This document shows positions 8,924 to 18,741 of a stretch of 64,000 bases of DNA, piece after piece. How positions within the stretch are numbered: the first letter of the stretch is position 1; each line of letters opens with the position of its first letter. The notes under the pieces are model-generated. The model searched no databases, was not told the DNA's origin, and was given only the letters and a program-made list of their open reading frames with translations. The stretch is taken from positions 143,858-207,857 of the IMG/VR virus record IMGVR_UViG_3300017987_000001. One strand, given 5' to 3'. Position numbers and translations under genes: made by a program.

Positions 8924-10205
8924 GTGTACGCTCCTTCAGCAGGCTGTCGACCTCGTCCCAGAAGTGTTGGTACAGCCAGTGATCGCACCGTTGATTGAAC
9001 CACTGGAGCCCGCGCAGCGCTATCGGCTTGTACTTGTCGAACCGGCGCACGAGTTCGGTGAGCTGCGGTATCAGTCGCTCCTTGACCGGACGAGCGAGCT
9101 GCACGTAGTTGTTGTCGGGTTTCAGCCCAACGAGCTTACACTCAGGCACCGTGGGAGCCACCATCAGTGAGCATGCACTCGGGATCTCCGAGTACTTGTT
9201 CACGAGGTAACCGAACTTGTCCTGCCCGAACACACAGATCTTCGCTTGCGACAGATGCTTCGACCACAGCAGGAGGGGTGGAGCAGCGTACTTCGATGCG
9301 CTGATGTTCTCCTTCCCCACCTTGGGCGCTGGCGTGCCCCACAGCTTCAGCTTGAACGGTACCTTCGTATTGCGCAGCAGGTTCCAGATTGCCGTGCGCT
9401 CGGGGTACACCGGCCCAGCCACGCCGATCACCATCACGTCGTACGGTCGCTTCTTGAACGTCGTATTCTGGTTCGCCCAGAACGGATCGGCGAGGAACGG
9501 CGTGAAGATGACCCTCGTCTGCTTGGCGATGCTGAACGCGCCGTTCCAGATCGATGGATAGGGCGTGAGCACGGCCGCAGGCTTCTTGTCGAAGAGCTGC
9601 TGCGCGCGCTTCTGGATCGCAGGCGGATGATGATCGTGACAGTACAGGAAGATCGGCGGGTTGCCCTTCTGCGTAAGCAGTGGCGTCTGTCCGTGCACCG
9701 TCATGATGATGAAGTCGTAGTCCTTCAGATTGTAGCGGTCGATGTCGCCGAACCCGCAGAAGGTCGTCTGGTACGGACTCATCCGCTTGCGCCAGAGCAT
9801 GAGACCGGTCTTCGGACCGTGACGCACGAGCAGATGCGGCGCTCCGGCCACGAACAGACACTTGCGCCCGGGCAGGTCGGCGTGCTTCCCCAGTGCGAAA
9901 TTGTAGTTGCGACGGAGATGCAGCCACTCGGGCTTCAGTACGTTCGCACACTGCTGCTGCATCTGTGCCTTGTGCGCCGGGTGCCCGCATGAATGCGGCT
10001 TCCACTGATTCCTCCCCGAGATGCGTGACTGCCACTCCATGAGCGTACACAGCTCGCAGTTGGTGATCTCGCGCGGTCCGCCGTAGGTCTCCATATGCTC
10101 GCGCGTGATAGTGCATAGCGCGAGATCGTTCCCCCATGCGACCGTGGAGAACTCCTCGCGCTGGAACCACGCCTTGCGAGCAAGCTGAAAGACCCGGGAC
10201 GCCAT
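8907..10205 (-). CDS. glycosyltransferase-like protein (GT-B, CgeB-like C-terminus)
   Basis: RPYDVMVIG..YPER; LSQAKICVF...KYSEIPSACSLMV. Confidence 0.55.
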   Translation of the reverse strand: MASRVFQLARKAWFQREEFSTVAWGNDLALCTITREHMETYGGPREITNCELCTLMEWQSRISGRNQWKPHSCGHPAHKAQMQQQCANVLKPEWLHLRRNYNFALGKHADLPGRKCLFVAGAPHLLVRHGPKTGLMLWRKRMSPYQTTFCGFGDIDRYNLKDYDFIIMTVHGQTPLLTQKGNPPIFLYCHDHHPPAIQKRAQQLFDKKPAAVLTPYPSIWNGAFSIAKQTRVIFTPFLADPFWANQNTTFKKRPYDVMVIGVAGPVYPERTAIWNLLRNTKVPFKLKLWGTPAPKVGKENISASKYAAPPLLLWSKHLSQAKICVFGQDKFGYLVNKYSEIPSACSLMVAPTVPECKLVGLKPDNNYVQLARPVKERLIPQLTELVRRFDKYKPIALRGLQWFNQRCDHWLYQHFWDEVDSLLKERTHAASH

Positions 10206-11134
10206 CAGTCAATCCTCCACGGGTTGTGAATGACGATGTTCTTGGCAATCTGACCCACTTCGAGCACGCCTTGGTTCAGATCGACGAGCGACTTGAATCC
10301 GGTGTCCGTGAACTTCGAGTAGTCAACCGCATAGTTGCGGCAGTCAGCGTCCTTGCCGATCGACGCCTCGTGAATGTACATCGGGAAGAGCTTGTCGATA
10401 GCATTCGCAGCTTCACGCTTCGTGAGGTTGAGATGATCCGCTCCCACGTTGAAGATGTGCCCGCCTACGCTATCGAACTTGTTGATGGCGTGGAGGTAGC
10501 TATCCGCAGCGTCACGAACGTGGAGGAACGTGCGCCTGTGGCCGCCCTCGTAGATCACGAGATAGCGCTTGCGCACGGCGTGGAACACGAAGTTGTTGAT
10601 CAGCAGGTCGAAGCGCATGCACGGGCTACCGCCGAAGATGGTAGCGAAGCGAAGGCATGCAGCACCCGCGTCCTGACAGATCTTCTCCGCCTCGGCCTTC
10701 GTATGCCCATAGTGGCTGAGCGGGCTGATCGGCGTCGTTTCGTCACACACGCCATCCACCATGCCGTACGTGCTACCGGTGGAGGCATACACGAAGACCT
10801 GATTCTTCGACACGTGCTTGGCCACGTTGCGGCTGCCAACTACGTTGGTCTCAGTAGCAAGCTGCGGGTCAGCGGCGCACGCCGGGAAGCCCACAATCGC
10901 GGCGAGATGAAGCACGACATCGTTCTGACTGACGAGCTTGCCTACCAGCTCCTCGTCACGGACGTCGCCCTTCACGCAGTCGAACACGCGACTGATGGTC
11001 GCATGCCCCAGCAGCGAGTGGAATCCATAGTCTAGCTTGTCGAGTACGGTGACGCGATGTCCCGCATCGAGAAGACGCCCGCAGAGCACTGATCCGACAT
11101 AGCCTGCTCCACCCGTAACGAGAACGTTAGCCAT
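10205..11134 (-). CDS. NAD-dependent sugar epimerase/dehydratase
   Basis: VTGGAGYVG, HLAAIVG, YASTGSTYG, YGHTK, LRFATIFG. Confidence 0.9.
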   Translation of the reverse strand: MANVLVTGGAGYVGSVLCGRLLDAGHRVTVLDKLDYGFHSLLGHATISRVFDCVKGDVRDEELVGKLVSQNDVVLHLAAIVGFPACAADPQLATETNVVGSRNVAKHVSKNQVFVYASTGSTYGMVDGVCDETTPISPLSHYGHTKAEAEKICQDAGAACLRFATIFGGSPCMRFDLLINNFVFHAVRKRYLVIYEGGHRRTFLHVRDAADSYLHAINKFDSVGGHIFNVGADHLNLTKREAANAIDKLFPMYIHEASIGKDADCRNYAVDYSKFTDTGFKSLVDLNQGVLEVGQIAKNIVIHNPWRID

Positions 11135-12440
11135 TGGTATGCAATCCGTTTCTGTAAAGGTCGACTACACGCTTGCCAGAGAGCTTGTAGTCGAGCACCT
11201 TCGCGAAGACCTCGGGCTGCAGCCGCATGTTGACGATGATCGCATCCGAGGTCTCAAGTAGATCATCGACATTCGCCGTAAGATTGTGCATCAGTTCCGC
11301 AGCTTCTGCATCGCCACGAACCATAAGATCGAGCGTGACGTCGTCGGTGTCCGAGAAGATCGGATCCCAGAAATGGATCCCCACGTCATCGCCCTCGGCA
11401 AGCGCGAAGAACTCCACAGCGAGCGAGTGCCGAGCGTCGGGGTATCCGGGGCGATAACCCATGCCGATCATGCCGAGCGTGTTAACGTCATCGTGATCGG
11501 CAGCTTCCCGGTAGATGCGCTGGATGCGGTCGCGGTTGTGGAGATTCGCCAGTGCGAGCGTCGGGCACCGATGCGAGATGAGGTTCTCCAGCAAGATGCC
11601 GCGCAGGATGGCGCTGTCCTTCGGCAAGCACGTGCCACTGAACGGAGGACCGGCCTTCATGTGGGAGAGTGTGAGCAGTCGTCCGGCGCTGCTCTCGCAG
11701 AATGTCAGATGCGTGACGATCGTGGGGTCGACGCCGAAGTGGTCGCACAGATCACCCAGTTCGTTGGCGAAGTTGATCTTGAGACACATGTACGTGTTGT
11801 GCATCAGCTTGACGAACTCGGCCTCTTCGTAGCTACAACGACTCTGCTCCGTCTCATTCCATGTCACCGAGCGAATGAACTTGTCGAGCTTGTCGTTCGG
11901 CCTGCCGATCTCGCGCTGCCACGACTTCAGCGGTCCCATACCGAGCACGATCTTGGGCGGATGCAGGAAGTCGGTCACGCCAGCGCCCGCGCGCAGGAAC
12001 ACGGGCTGATACACGAACTGTGCCTCGCAGTCCTTGAGCGCGGGAAGCACGTGCTTCGCAATCGTGCCCGGAAAGACCGTCGAGCCGAGGATGAGGATCT
12101 GCCCCTTCTTCAGGATGGGCGCCAGATCCTTCAGGAGGCCCGTCAGAGCGCTGAAATCACAGACCTCGTACTCTGACCCCTCGGGAACGATTGAGGGCGT
12201 CTGAACGGCTATGAAGATGATCTCCGCATCAGCGACGTACGCGAGATCATTGGTGATGTAGGCGCGCTTGTAGTCGATGCCATTCCAGCAGCTTTCCTCG
12301 CCCTCGAACAGCTTCCCGCTCTCCCACGCTTCGAGCTTCGTGCGGTCCTTATCGATGACGATCAGGTCATGCCCTGCGAGCAGCGCTGCACCGCCCCAGC
12401 TGATTCCCATGTTGCCCGCACCGATGAGTGCTACCTGCAT
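11127..12440 (-). CDS. ugd: UDP-glucose/GDP-mannose dehydrogenase family
   Basis: LIGAGNMG, IAVQTP, STVFPGT, EFVKLMHN..K.NFANE, catalytic GTCLPKD. Confidence 0.85.
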   Translation of the reverse strand: MQVALIGAGNMGISWGGAALLAGHDLIVIDKDRTKLEAWESGKLFEGEESCWNGIDYKRAYITNDLAYVADAEIIFIAVQTPSIVPEGSEYEVCDFSALTGLLKDLAPILKKGQILILGSTVFPGTIAKHVLPALKDCEAQFVYQPVFLRAGAGVTDFLHPPKIVLGMGPLKSWQREIGRPNDKLDKFIRSVTWNETEQSRCSYEEAEFVKLMHNTYMCLKINFANELGDLCDHFGVDPTIVTHLTFCESSAGRLLTLSHMKAGPPFSGTCLPKDSAILRGILLENLISHRCPTLALANLHNRDRIQRIYREAADHDDVNTLGMIGMGYRPGYPDARHSLAVEFFALAEGDDVGIHFWDPIFSDTDDVTLDLMVRGDAEAAELMHNLTANVDDLLETSDAIIVNMRLQPEVFAKVLDYKLSGKRVVDLYRNGLHTNG

Positions 12441-12441
12441 G

Positions 12442-13128
12442 CTATCTCCTCGCGATCTTGAATGGCTTGCGCTTGCCCTGCAGTACCATGCGCAGGCTCT
12501 GCTTGTAGCCGAGATGGGTGGACATATCGAGTACGCCAAGCCACGGCCTCGGCTTCATCTTCAGGAACTTCTGATCGTAGTACCAGTCGGACATCGACTT
12601 CTGGTCCACGCGCCCGGTGACCTTCGGGATGCCGAACTTCTCAGCGAAGTCACGTCGAACAACCCAGCACGGGCCGTTCGACGTGTTCTTCAACCGCACC
12701 TCATAGTCTCCGATCTGAACGGTGGAGCGCGTGGGGTGCTTGCGCTCCTGCAGTCGATCGGTATGCATCGCTGCAGCTACCACATCCTCGCGCTCGTCGA
12801 GCACGAGCTTGCCCGCCTTCAGCCACTCGGGCTTGAGAATCATGTCGTCATCAACCCACGACACGTACTTCGCGTCGCTCGCTTCTACCTGCTTCCACAT
12901 CTGGCGCAGCGCGTACGACTTCTGCCACTGCGGAACGTTGCGCTGATTCTTGATGATCTGTTGCACGCGTCCAACAGTCTTCAGCCACTTGTACGTGCCG
13001 TCGATCGAGCCGTTGTCGATGACGAGCAGGTGGGCATCTCCGATGTCGGATGCGAGCAGCGACTCCACGCACTGCTTCAGGAAGTCGAGTCGATCACGCG
13101 TGATCACCGTGATGATTGTGTCGGGCAT
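12442..13128 (-). CDS. glycosyltransferase family 2
   Basis: LKQCVESLL, VIDNGSIDGT, WVDDDM. Confidence 0.85.
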   Translation of the reverse strand: MPDTIITVITRDRLDFLKQCVESLLASDIGDAHLLVIDNGSIDGTYKWLKTVGRVQQIIKNQRNVPQWQKSYALRQMWKQVEASDAKYVSWVDDDMILKPEWLKAGKLVLDEREDVVAAAMHTDRLQERKHPTRSTVQIGDYEVRLKNTSNGPCWVVRRDFAEKFGIPKVTGRVDQKSMSDWYYDQKFLKMKPRPWLGVLDMSTHLGYKQSLRMVLQGKRKPFKIARR

Positions 13129-14009
13129 CAGAGTCGATCCTTTTTGTAAACGCTGTAGAGCAGCTTAACGATGGTCCCCGTGATCTGTGCAGGCGGGAGC
13201 ACCACGCCCTTCTTGTGCAGGATCACTTCCACGGGCGTAGCGAACGGATTCCAGTCCTTCTCGTACCGAACTTTGTTGCCGCCGCCGATCAGGCTCTGGA
13301 AGCGGCTCGTCGCCCACACGACGTGAGGCACGCGGCAGAGCGACGCCAGATGCATCGGACCGCTCGACGGGCCGATCACGAGCTGCGAGCTGGCAATGAG
13401 GTTCACCAACTCGTTCAGTGGCATGCCGCGCTTGTCCGTCACGCCTATGGGCAGGAGTGAAGCGTGCTTGGTACCGATCGCCACAATCTCTTCACGCTTT
13501 GCGATCTTCTTCGTGACGATCTGCTCGATCAGTCGGTCCCACATCTTCTGCGGATAGTTATCCCCGGCGAATGGAGCAGCGCATCGACGATTGCGCGCGT
13601 GAATGACGACCTTCCACGGTGTCGGGATCAGGCCGCCATATGGCACGAATGACTGATCGCGGAGCTTTCGTCGAGGAGGACGGCGTACCCAGCTCTCCAG
13701 CCTAATCACTTCGTATCCGAGCTTCTGGTACTTGTGCTCGTAGGCGCTCAGCTCGCCACGAACGCGCGCGACCTCGGCGGGGTTGTCGACCTTGCCCTTA
13801 CGTGGACGGTGCCCGTCACGATCGCAGAGGATGACATGGGGAATGAAGGTGTGACTGAAGTCACGGTAGAGCGGCCAGAGCCCTTCCGTGCTGCAGATGA
13901 TTACGTTTCGGGGATCAATACCCTGAGCCTGCTTGCGTACGAAGCCCTGCCACTCCATCAACTCCCAGCCGAACTCCGATACGCACGGTCCAGCGATAAG
14001 CGCCTTCAT
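13128..14009 (-). CDS. glycosyltransferase family 9-like (heptosyltransferase fold)
   Basis: VIHAR...NYP..MW; LVIGPSSGPMHLASLCRVP. Confidence 0.7.
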   Translation of the reverse strand: MKALIAGPCVSEFGWELMEWQGFVRKQAQGIDPRNVIICSTEGLWPLYRDFSHTFIPHVILCDRDGHRPRKGKVDNPAEVARVRGELSAYEHKYQKLGYEVIRLESWVRRPPRRKLRDQSFVPYGGLIPTPWKVVIHARNRRCAAPFAGDNYPQKMWDRLIEQIVTKKIAKREEIVAIGTKHASLLPIGVTDKRGMPLNELVNLIASSQLVIGPSSGPMHLASLCRVPHVVWATSRFQSLIGGGNKVRYEKDWNPFATPVEVILHKKGVVLPPAQITGTIVKLLYSVYKKDRL

Positions 14010-14045
14010 TGCCCTGCGGTCCCTCCTCGATTAGGGACGGCGGCG

Positions 14046-16820
14046 TCAGCCAGTCTGTGCGCCGGTCATCTGTTGTAGTGCTTGGAACCCTCCCTCAAGC
14101 TTCGCCTGATCCCTTGTCTCGTCCATCTTCTGGATAACGAGCGCGTGAAGCGTCTGATCGGACTTCTTGAGGTCCGTGAGCTGCGACTTGCGGATCTCGT
14201 ACGGCATACCAAGCATCTGCATCGCAATCTGCTCAGCCTGCGATTGCATATCGTCGGGTGTCGTTCCACCCGCCGGAGAGGGCTGTCCAGCAGGAGCAGC
14301 GCCTGCGGGAGCGCCACCAGCAGGAGCGGGCTGACCGGGCATCTGCGGCTGGTCTGCGGCAGCGAAGATCTGCTCGAACTCCTGCTGCTTCGCCTGATCC
14401 TCCTGAAACTTCTTGCTCTCGTCGGCGAACTGCTTCTCTTCCTCGAACATCCGCCGTATTTCCTCGCGCCAGTCGATTCCATACGGTGCGAAGGCAGTCT
14501 GCTTCGAGATCTGCTGCGAGGCGGCGAGCTGAAGCTGGATCTGCTTCTTCTCGATGTCCTCGGCGAGCGTCGTCGGCTGGAGGCGTCCGCTGATCTTCTC
14601 CCAGTTCATCAGGTCGGTAATCGCCTCGAAGAACCAGTTGACCCACCCGTTCATGGCGGAGACGAAATGCGTCCACGTGCGCTCAAACAGACGCAGCGCC
14701 ATCGGAGCTGCCTGCACCTGCAGCGTGCCACGGTACATCTCAGCCGGAACGCCCATAGCATTGAGGAACTCGTCCATGCCTGCATTGATGAGGTCAACGG
14801 GAGCGAGATCCTGCCCCTCGCCACCAAGAGCGCGGTAGTCGATGGGGAACGGGAGTGCATTCCACTGAGTCGGATCCTTGCGATGCTTGCGAATCATGCC
14901 CATCACGCGGCCCATGAACGAACCAGCATTGACGTGATACAGCGGGTCGACCTCGCCAGTGCCCGAGCCCTTGCCCGGCGTGATGATGCGGAATGGAATG
15001 ATGTAGTCGAGACCGATGGCCTCGTTGTAGCGCTTGAGCACCTGCACGTACCACGCCTGCTTGAAGTTGGCGAGGATGCGCGGAATGCCCCATCCGGCAT
15101 TACGCAAACCGGCGACGCACTCCTCTTTGAAGTGGTAGATGATGCCCTTGTTGAACTGGAACCACTTGTCGGTGCGCAAGCACTCGACTATTTCCCACGG
15201 CGTCGACTCAAGGTAGAACGGGTTGCCCTTGCGGACCTCTCGCTTGATGTCCGAAGGCGGGATCCAATAGTACGCAGTCTCGTGAGAAATTGGGTGGTGC
15301 TGGAGACGGACCTCGTGGGGCGACCATCGAATGATTCGTGGCTTATCCTCTTCCACGGAACGGCGATCGACACGTTCGAATACTCCCGTCCACCCACACT
15401 GTGGACACGTCGCGTTGAACTGCCAGTTCTCAAAGGAGTATTCCATCCGACCGAGCGTGCGTTCGTGGAAACACTTACGACAGCGAAGATATCGGCGGAA
15501 TGGAATGTGTACGGAAGTGAATGAATTACCGTAGCACTGCTTCGTCAGAATGCCGTTATCGATAACGAACGTATGCGTCTCCATCTCGACACAGCAGAAT
15601 ACCTCGTCAACAATACCTGTTCCGCGTACTTCCTTGACTCCGATATACTGACCATAGTTCGTGGGCTTGTAGTTCTCCTCGAACTTGGCTCTATGCGCTG
15701 GGATCAGGAAGTCTTGCGGCAACATCGACTGCTTAAGCAACGTGACGTAATAAATGTCACTGTCGTATACGTCGACGTGTCCGTCATCACGAACAAACTC
15801 CGCCGTACGCCGCTGACTTCGGACAGGACCAGCGGACATACCGATACGAGGAAGCTGTCGAACAATTGCCTCCAACGTAGCGGAGGATGCCTGCGTCAGC
15901 ATCGCACAACCGTGCGTGTCCACAGTACCATCAGCAGACAGGAAGCCGCATACGAAGCCGTACCAATACTCCGCACTCATGTCATTCGACGGGAGCGCCT
16001 TGTAGTGCGGCGGCAGACCAAACATCTCGACTTTTCCAGAGTCCGGCGTGTAGTCGTCTACATCCCAGTACGCCAGCATGACCGCGTCCTTCTCCCCGAA
16101 GAACGTAGCCTTTGCCTGCTTGCCCTTGTTGTACAGTGAGCCGTCACCAAACGTGAAGCCGTGGCGAACGCCTTCCTTGAAGTCATCACCCCGCTCGGGG
16201 CGAGGAGCTACGACTCTGGGGATCCTGTATCCCTTCCGCAGTTCAGCTGTAGAAACTTCAACCTCTTTGTCAGAGCAGTTCTTGGCGATCCACCGATGCT
16301 CGGGCGTAGCCAGCACGGTGCGGCCGTCGCTAAACTCAACTTCGAGAAGTTCTTGATGACCAAAGGACTTGAACTCTGCGGGGCGATACACGCCATCTTT
16401 CGATAGCACGTCAACAGTCTTACCCACAAGCTCGCGAAGCTTGAAGACGCCACCGCGCGTGACCGCTTCAGTGTCGCCGTGGAAACACATGTAATCGTCG
16501 CCAATAGTAGCGAGCACGTCGAGGATCTTGATCTGCTTATTTAGGAAGTCTTCGTACTTCTCCTTCTCGTCATCCGATGCATCCTGCAGTTCGATCTTCG
16601 TCAGGAAGTAGCGAACGACACGCTGCGCAGCCATGCGAAACGTGCCGTTGGTTACCCACAGATACTCACACCAGCGCATGACGTCGTAGAGCGAGCGCGG
16701 CATCTGTGTGGATGCGTAGTCAAAGAACGGGTCGGGGAATGCTTGAGAATACCGGTTCGCCGTACTGTTGGCTGAACCGACACCGGTCGTTGGGAACATC
16801 GGGAAGACAGCTTCGGCCAT
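14046..16820 (-). CDS. probable phage portal protein interrupted by an intein
   Basis: About 607-aa extein; YGNSF next to the intein, GWGIPRILA segment, Gln/Pro/Ala-rich tail. Portal call rests on resemblance only. Confidence 0.55.
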   Translation of the reverse strand: MAEAVFPMFPTTGVGSANSTANRYSQAFPDPFFDYASTQMPRSLYDVMRWCEYLWVTNGTFRMAAQRVVRYFLTKIELQDASDDEKEKYEDFLNKQIKILDVLATIGDDYMCFHGDTEAVTRGGVFKLRELVGKTVDVLSKDGVYRPAEFKSFGHQELLEVEFSDGRTVLATPEHRWIAKNCSDKEVEVSTAELRKGYRIPRVVAPRPERGDDFKEGVRHGFTFGDGSLYNKGKQAKATFFGEKDAVMLAYWDVDDYTPDSGKVEMFGLPPHYKALPSNDMSAEYWYGFVCGFLSADGTVDTHGCAMLTQASSATLEAIVRQLPRIGMSAGPVRSQRRTAEFVRDDGHVDVYDSDIYYVTLLKQSMLPQDFLIPAHRAKFEENYKPTNYGQYIGVKEVRGTGIVDEVFCCVEMETHTFVIDNGILTKQCYGNSFTSVHIPFRRYLRCRKCFHERTLGRMEYSFENWQFNATCPQCGWTGVFERVDRRSVEEDKPRIIRWSPHEVRLQHHPISHETAYYWIPPSDIKREVRKGNPFYLESTPWEIVECLRTDKWFQFNKGIIYHFKEECVAGLRNAGWGIPRILANFKQAWYVQVLKRYNEAIGLDYIIPFRIITPGKGSGTGEVDPLYHVNAGSFMGRVMGMIRKHRKDPTQWNALPFPIDYRALGGEGQDLAPVDLINAGMDEFLNAMGVPAEMYRGTLQVQAAPMALRLFERTWTHFVSAMNGWVNWFFEAITDLMNWEKISGRLQPTTLAEDIEKKQIQLQLAASQQISKQTAFAPYGIDWREEIRRMFEEEKQFADESKKFQEDQAKQQEFEQIFAAADQPQMPGQPAPAGGAPAGAAPAGQPSPAGGTTPDDMQSQAEQIAMQMLGMPYEIRKSQLTDLKKSDQTLHALVIQKMDETRDQAKLEGGFQALQQMTGAQTG
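15537..16487 (-). mobile_element. intein (317 aa) with LAGLIDADG homing endonuclease, Gln-terminal
   Basis: Starts C112 (CFHGDT); block B ATPEHRW; LAGLIDADG-like GFTFGDGS and GFLSADG; block F VFCCVEMETHTF; ends ILTKQ|C. Confidence 0.92.
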
Positions 16821-16828
16821 GCCGACCT

Positions 16829-17038
16829 CTACTTCTGTTCGTGTGCATCTTTCAGGTGAAGCGGTACGGCCTTGAGTGGAACGGTGTCAGCTTCGGATGC
16901 GCGCTTGTCCATCTCCTGCTGCGCCTCACGCGCATGACGCAGGCAGAGCACCTTGTCATCCATGATCGTGTACGAAGGAGCCTGACAGTAGTCGCAGCGC
17001 GTCGAGCCGATCACGACCTTGTTTGCTTTATCCATCAT
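16829..17038 (-). CDS. small Cys-containing hypothetical protein
   Basis: MMDKANK...CDYC...CLRH; lies just upstream of the portal-like gene. Confidence 0.6.
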   Translation of the reverse strand: MMDKANKVVIGSTRCDYCQAPSYTIMDDKVLCLRHAREAQQEMDKRASEADTVPLKAVPLHLKDAHEQK

Positions 17039-17735
17039 CCTGCTCCTCTGCGATGAACAGTACCGTAAATGTAACCGAGTCGTCTGGCATTGTAAACTGA
17101 ATTCCAGCCCACACGCACGTGAGCGTCTTCTTGTTGACCTGTACCTCGACGACCATCGCTTCCTCACCCTCGATCTCGGGCAGCTCGTAGGTGGTTCCGA
17201 GTTCGGCGTTCCGAGACATGAGCACCAGCTGATTGCCATCGCGAAACACCGACGAGTACTGCTGGCGCACACGCCCGAATGTCCCCTTGATAGCGACAGG
17301 TACCGTGGTGCGCTTCGGGATGGTTACGTTCGGAACGTCGAGCGTGGCAGGCGGAATCTCGTGCGTCTCGTCGACCTCCACACGTGTGGGGATATCCGTG
17401 TCGACAGGAGGAACAGCGCGTCCGGCCGGTGCTTGCTTCGGCGCTTTGTTGGACGCGTTCAAAAATGTCTGCTCCACATCGGCCTCGTCCGGGCTGGCCT
17501 TCTTCTCCGAGCCTTTGGCCAGTGCTCCCGGCTCGACTACAGCGATGGTACGCATTTCACCACCTTCGCACACCACGATGTTCTGCTCGATCTGAGGGTT
17601 CTGCGCGTCGAAGCCCATGCTGCCACCGACCTCTCCGCCCTTCCGGTGGGAGGGGATGACGGTCGCATGCAGCGCCTCATCACGTGCGTATTCGGTGCGG
17701 TTCTCCGGCCCAAAGTCGCCTTCTGTGGGGGTCAT
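17028..17735 (-). CDS. hypothetical protein
   Basis: ORF with GGAG before the ATG; downstream of a promoter. Confidence 0.7.
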   Translation of the reverse strand: MTPTEGDFGPENRTEYARDEALHATVIPSHRKGGEVGGSMGFDAQNPQIEQNIVVCEGGEMRTIAVVEPGALAKGSEKKASPDEADVEQTFLNASNKAPKQAPAGRAVPPVDTDIPTRVEVDETHEIPPATLDVPNVTIPKRTTVPVAIKGTFGRVRQQYSSVFRDGNQLVLMSRNAELGTTYELPEIEGEEAMVVEVQVNKKTLTCVWAGIQFTMPDDSVTFTVLFIAEEQDDG

Positions 17736-17763
17736 ATAGTTTTGCTCCAAATAATGTGCCTAC

Positions 17764-17792
17764 ATAATAATCCTGCGAAACTACGCGGTCAA
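17764..17792 (-). promoter_or_regulatory. sigma70-like promoter TTGACC-17-TATTAT
   Basis: Spacer counted by hand; precedes the portal/glycan gene run. Confidence 0.65.
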
Positions 17793-17818
17793 GCTGATAG
17801 CTAAAGAAAGGGCGAACC

Positions 17819-17848
17819 CATCCCGCCAGCCTTACGACTGACGGGACG
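17819..17848 (-). terminator. 13-bp hairpin (with GU pairs), GUAA tetraloop
   Basis: CGUCCCGUCAGUC-GUAA-GGCUGGCGGGAUG; U-rich tract about 9 nt downstream. Confidence 0.5.
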
Positions 17849-17859
17849 ATCCACCCCTC

Positions 17860-18018
17860 CTACCATCCGAGGATTGTAGCCACAGCCGCGAAGATGACGA
17901 GCAGTATCACTCCCACACAACCACACGTACAAGCACTCCCGTGATCACACTCAGGGCACAGCTGCGGGTATTGCTTGAGCGTAGGCTTGCCGCACATGCG
18001 ACACGGTCGGTTTGACAT
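17860..18018 (-). CDS. small CxxC-containing membrane protein (52 aa, not in ORF track)
   Basis: MSNRPCRMCGKP...CPEC...GCVGVILLVIFAAVATILGW*. Confidence 0.6.
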   Translation of the reverse strand: MSNRPCRMCGKPTLKQYPQLCPECDHGSACTCGCVGVILLVIFAAVATILGW

Positions 18019-18022
18019 ACTA

Positions 18023-18253
18023 CTACGCCTCCTCGCGCATGTACTTCTCGTCCATGACGCCCAACGCGTAGCTCATCAGCCTGTCCATCTCGGCCAGCGG
18101 CTCACGCACGTAGACCGTATCTGCGTCGTACGGCCCGACCTTGATGCACGTCCCAGCCGAGGGCTTCTCCGGCTCCTTCGCCTGATAAGACACGATCTTG
18201 TGCGCGTTGAGGCGATAGTCCTCGCCATTCAGCATGTGGAGCAGAAGAATCAT
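18023..18253 (-). CDS. small hypothetical protein (weak FlbD-like resemblance)
   Basis: LHMLNGEDYRLN...VYVREPLAEM. Confidence 0.55.
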   Translation of the reverse strand: MILLLHMLNGEDYRLNAHKIVSYQAKEPEKPSAGTCIKVGPYDADTVYVREPLAEMDRLMSYALGVMDEKYMREEA

Positions 18254-18741
18254 CGCTTCCTCCCATTGAGCTGTCGTTGCATGTTCAGGATCCTACCGGC
18301 CTCGCTAGCCGATCTGGGCACGTGCGTACGTGCTCGCTTGCGTAGTGCCTCCTCCTGTGCCCACTCCTTGGCCCTGTAGATGAGCAGCATGGTCGTAACC
18401 GACGACAGAGCGTACAGGATCGCCAGACTGATCGGAATGAGCCGCGTCAGGGTCGACACTGCAAGGGCTATCAGGGAGGCCAAGCAGATCGGAGCTGTAG
18501 CACGCGCGATATCCTTGACCAGCGGAGGATTGTTCGGGGTGCACAGTCTCACGAGGTTGGCCGTCAGGCGGAAGAGCAGATGAGTGAGCAGGAAAGCGAC
18601 GACCCCCACGTAGAGGGTCGGCGCCTTCCCGGTGCGTACGGAGAGCAGGAGTTCGAGAATGGCTGGGATGGCAAGCAGGCAGGCGTTGACGAACAGGATG
18701 GTCGCCGCGCCCATCAACACGCCGTAGATGTGCCTGCGCAT
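18250..18741 (-). CDS. multi-pass membrane protein
   Basis: About four hydrophobic segments. Confidence 0.7.
   Translation of the reverse strand: MRRHIYGVLMGAATILFVNACLLAIPAILELLLSVRTGKAPTLYVGVVAFLLTHLLFRLTANLVRLCTPNNPPLVKDIARATAPICLASLIALAVSTLTRLIPISLAILYALSSVTTMLLIYRAKEWAQEEALRKRARTHVPRSASEAGRILNMQRQLNGRKR

Noticed and set aside
13091-13106. GATCACGCGTGATC and other ACGCGT sites
   Set aside because: They share only the 6-bp core and lack the TTG/CAA arms.
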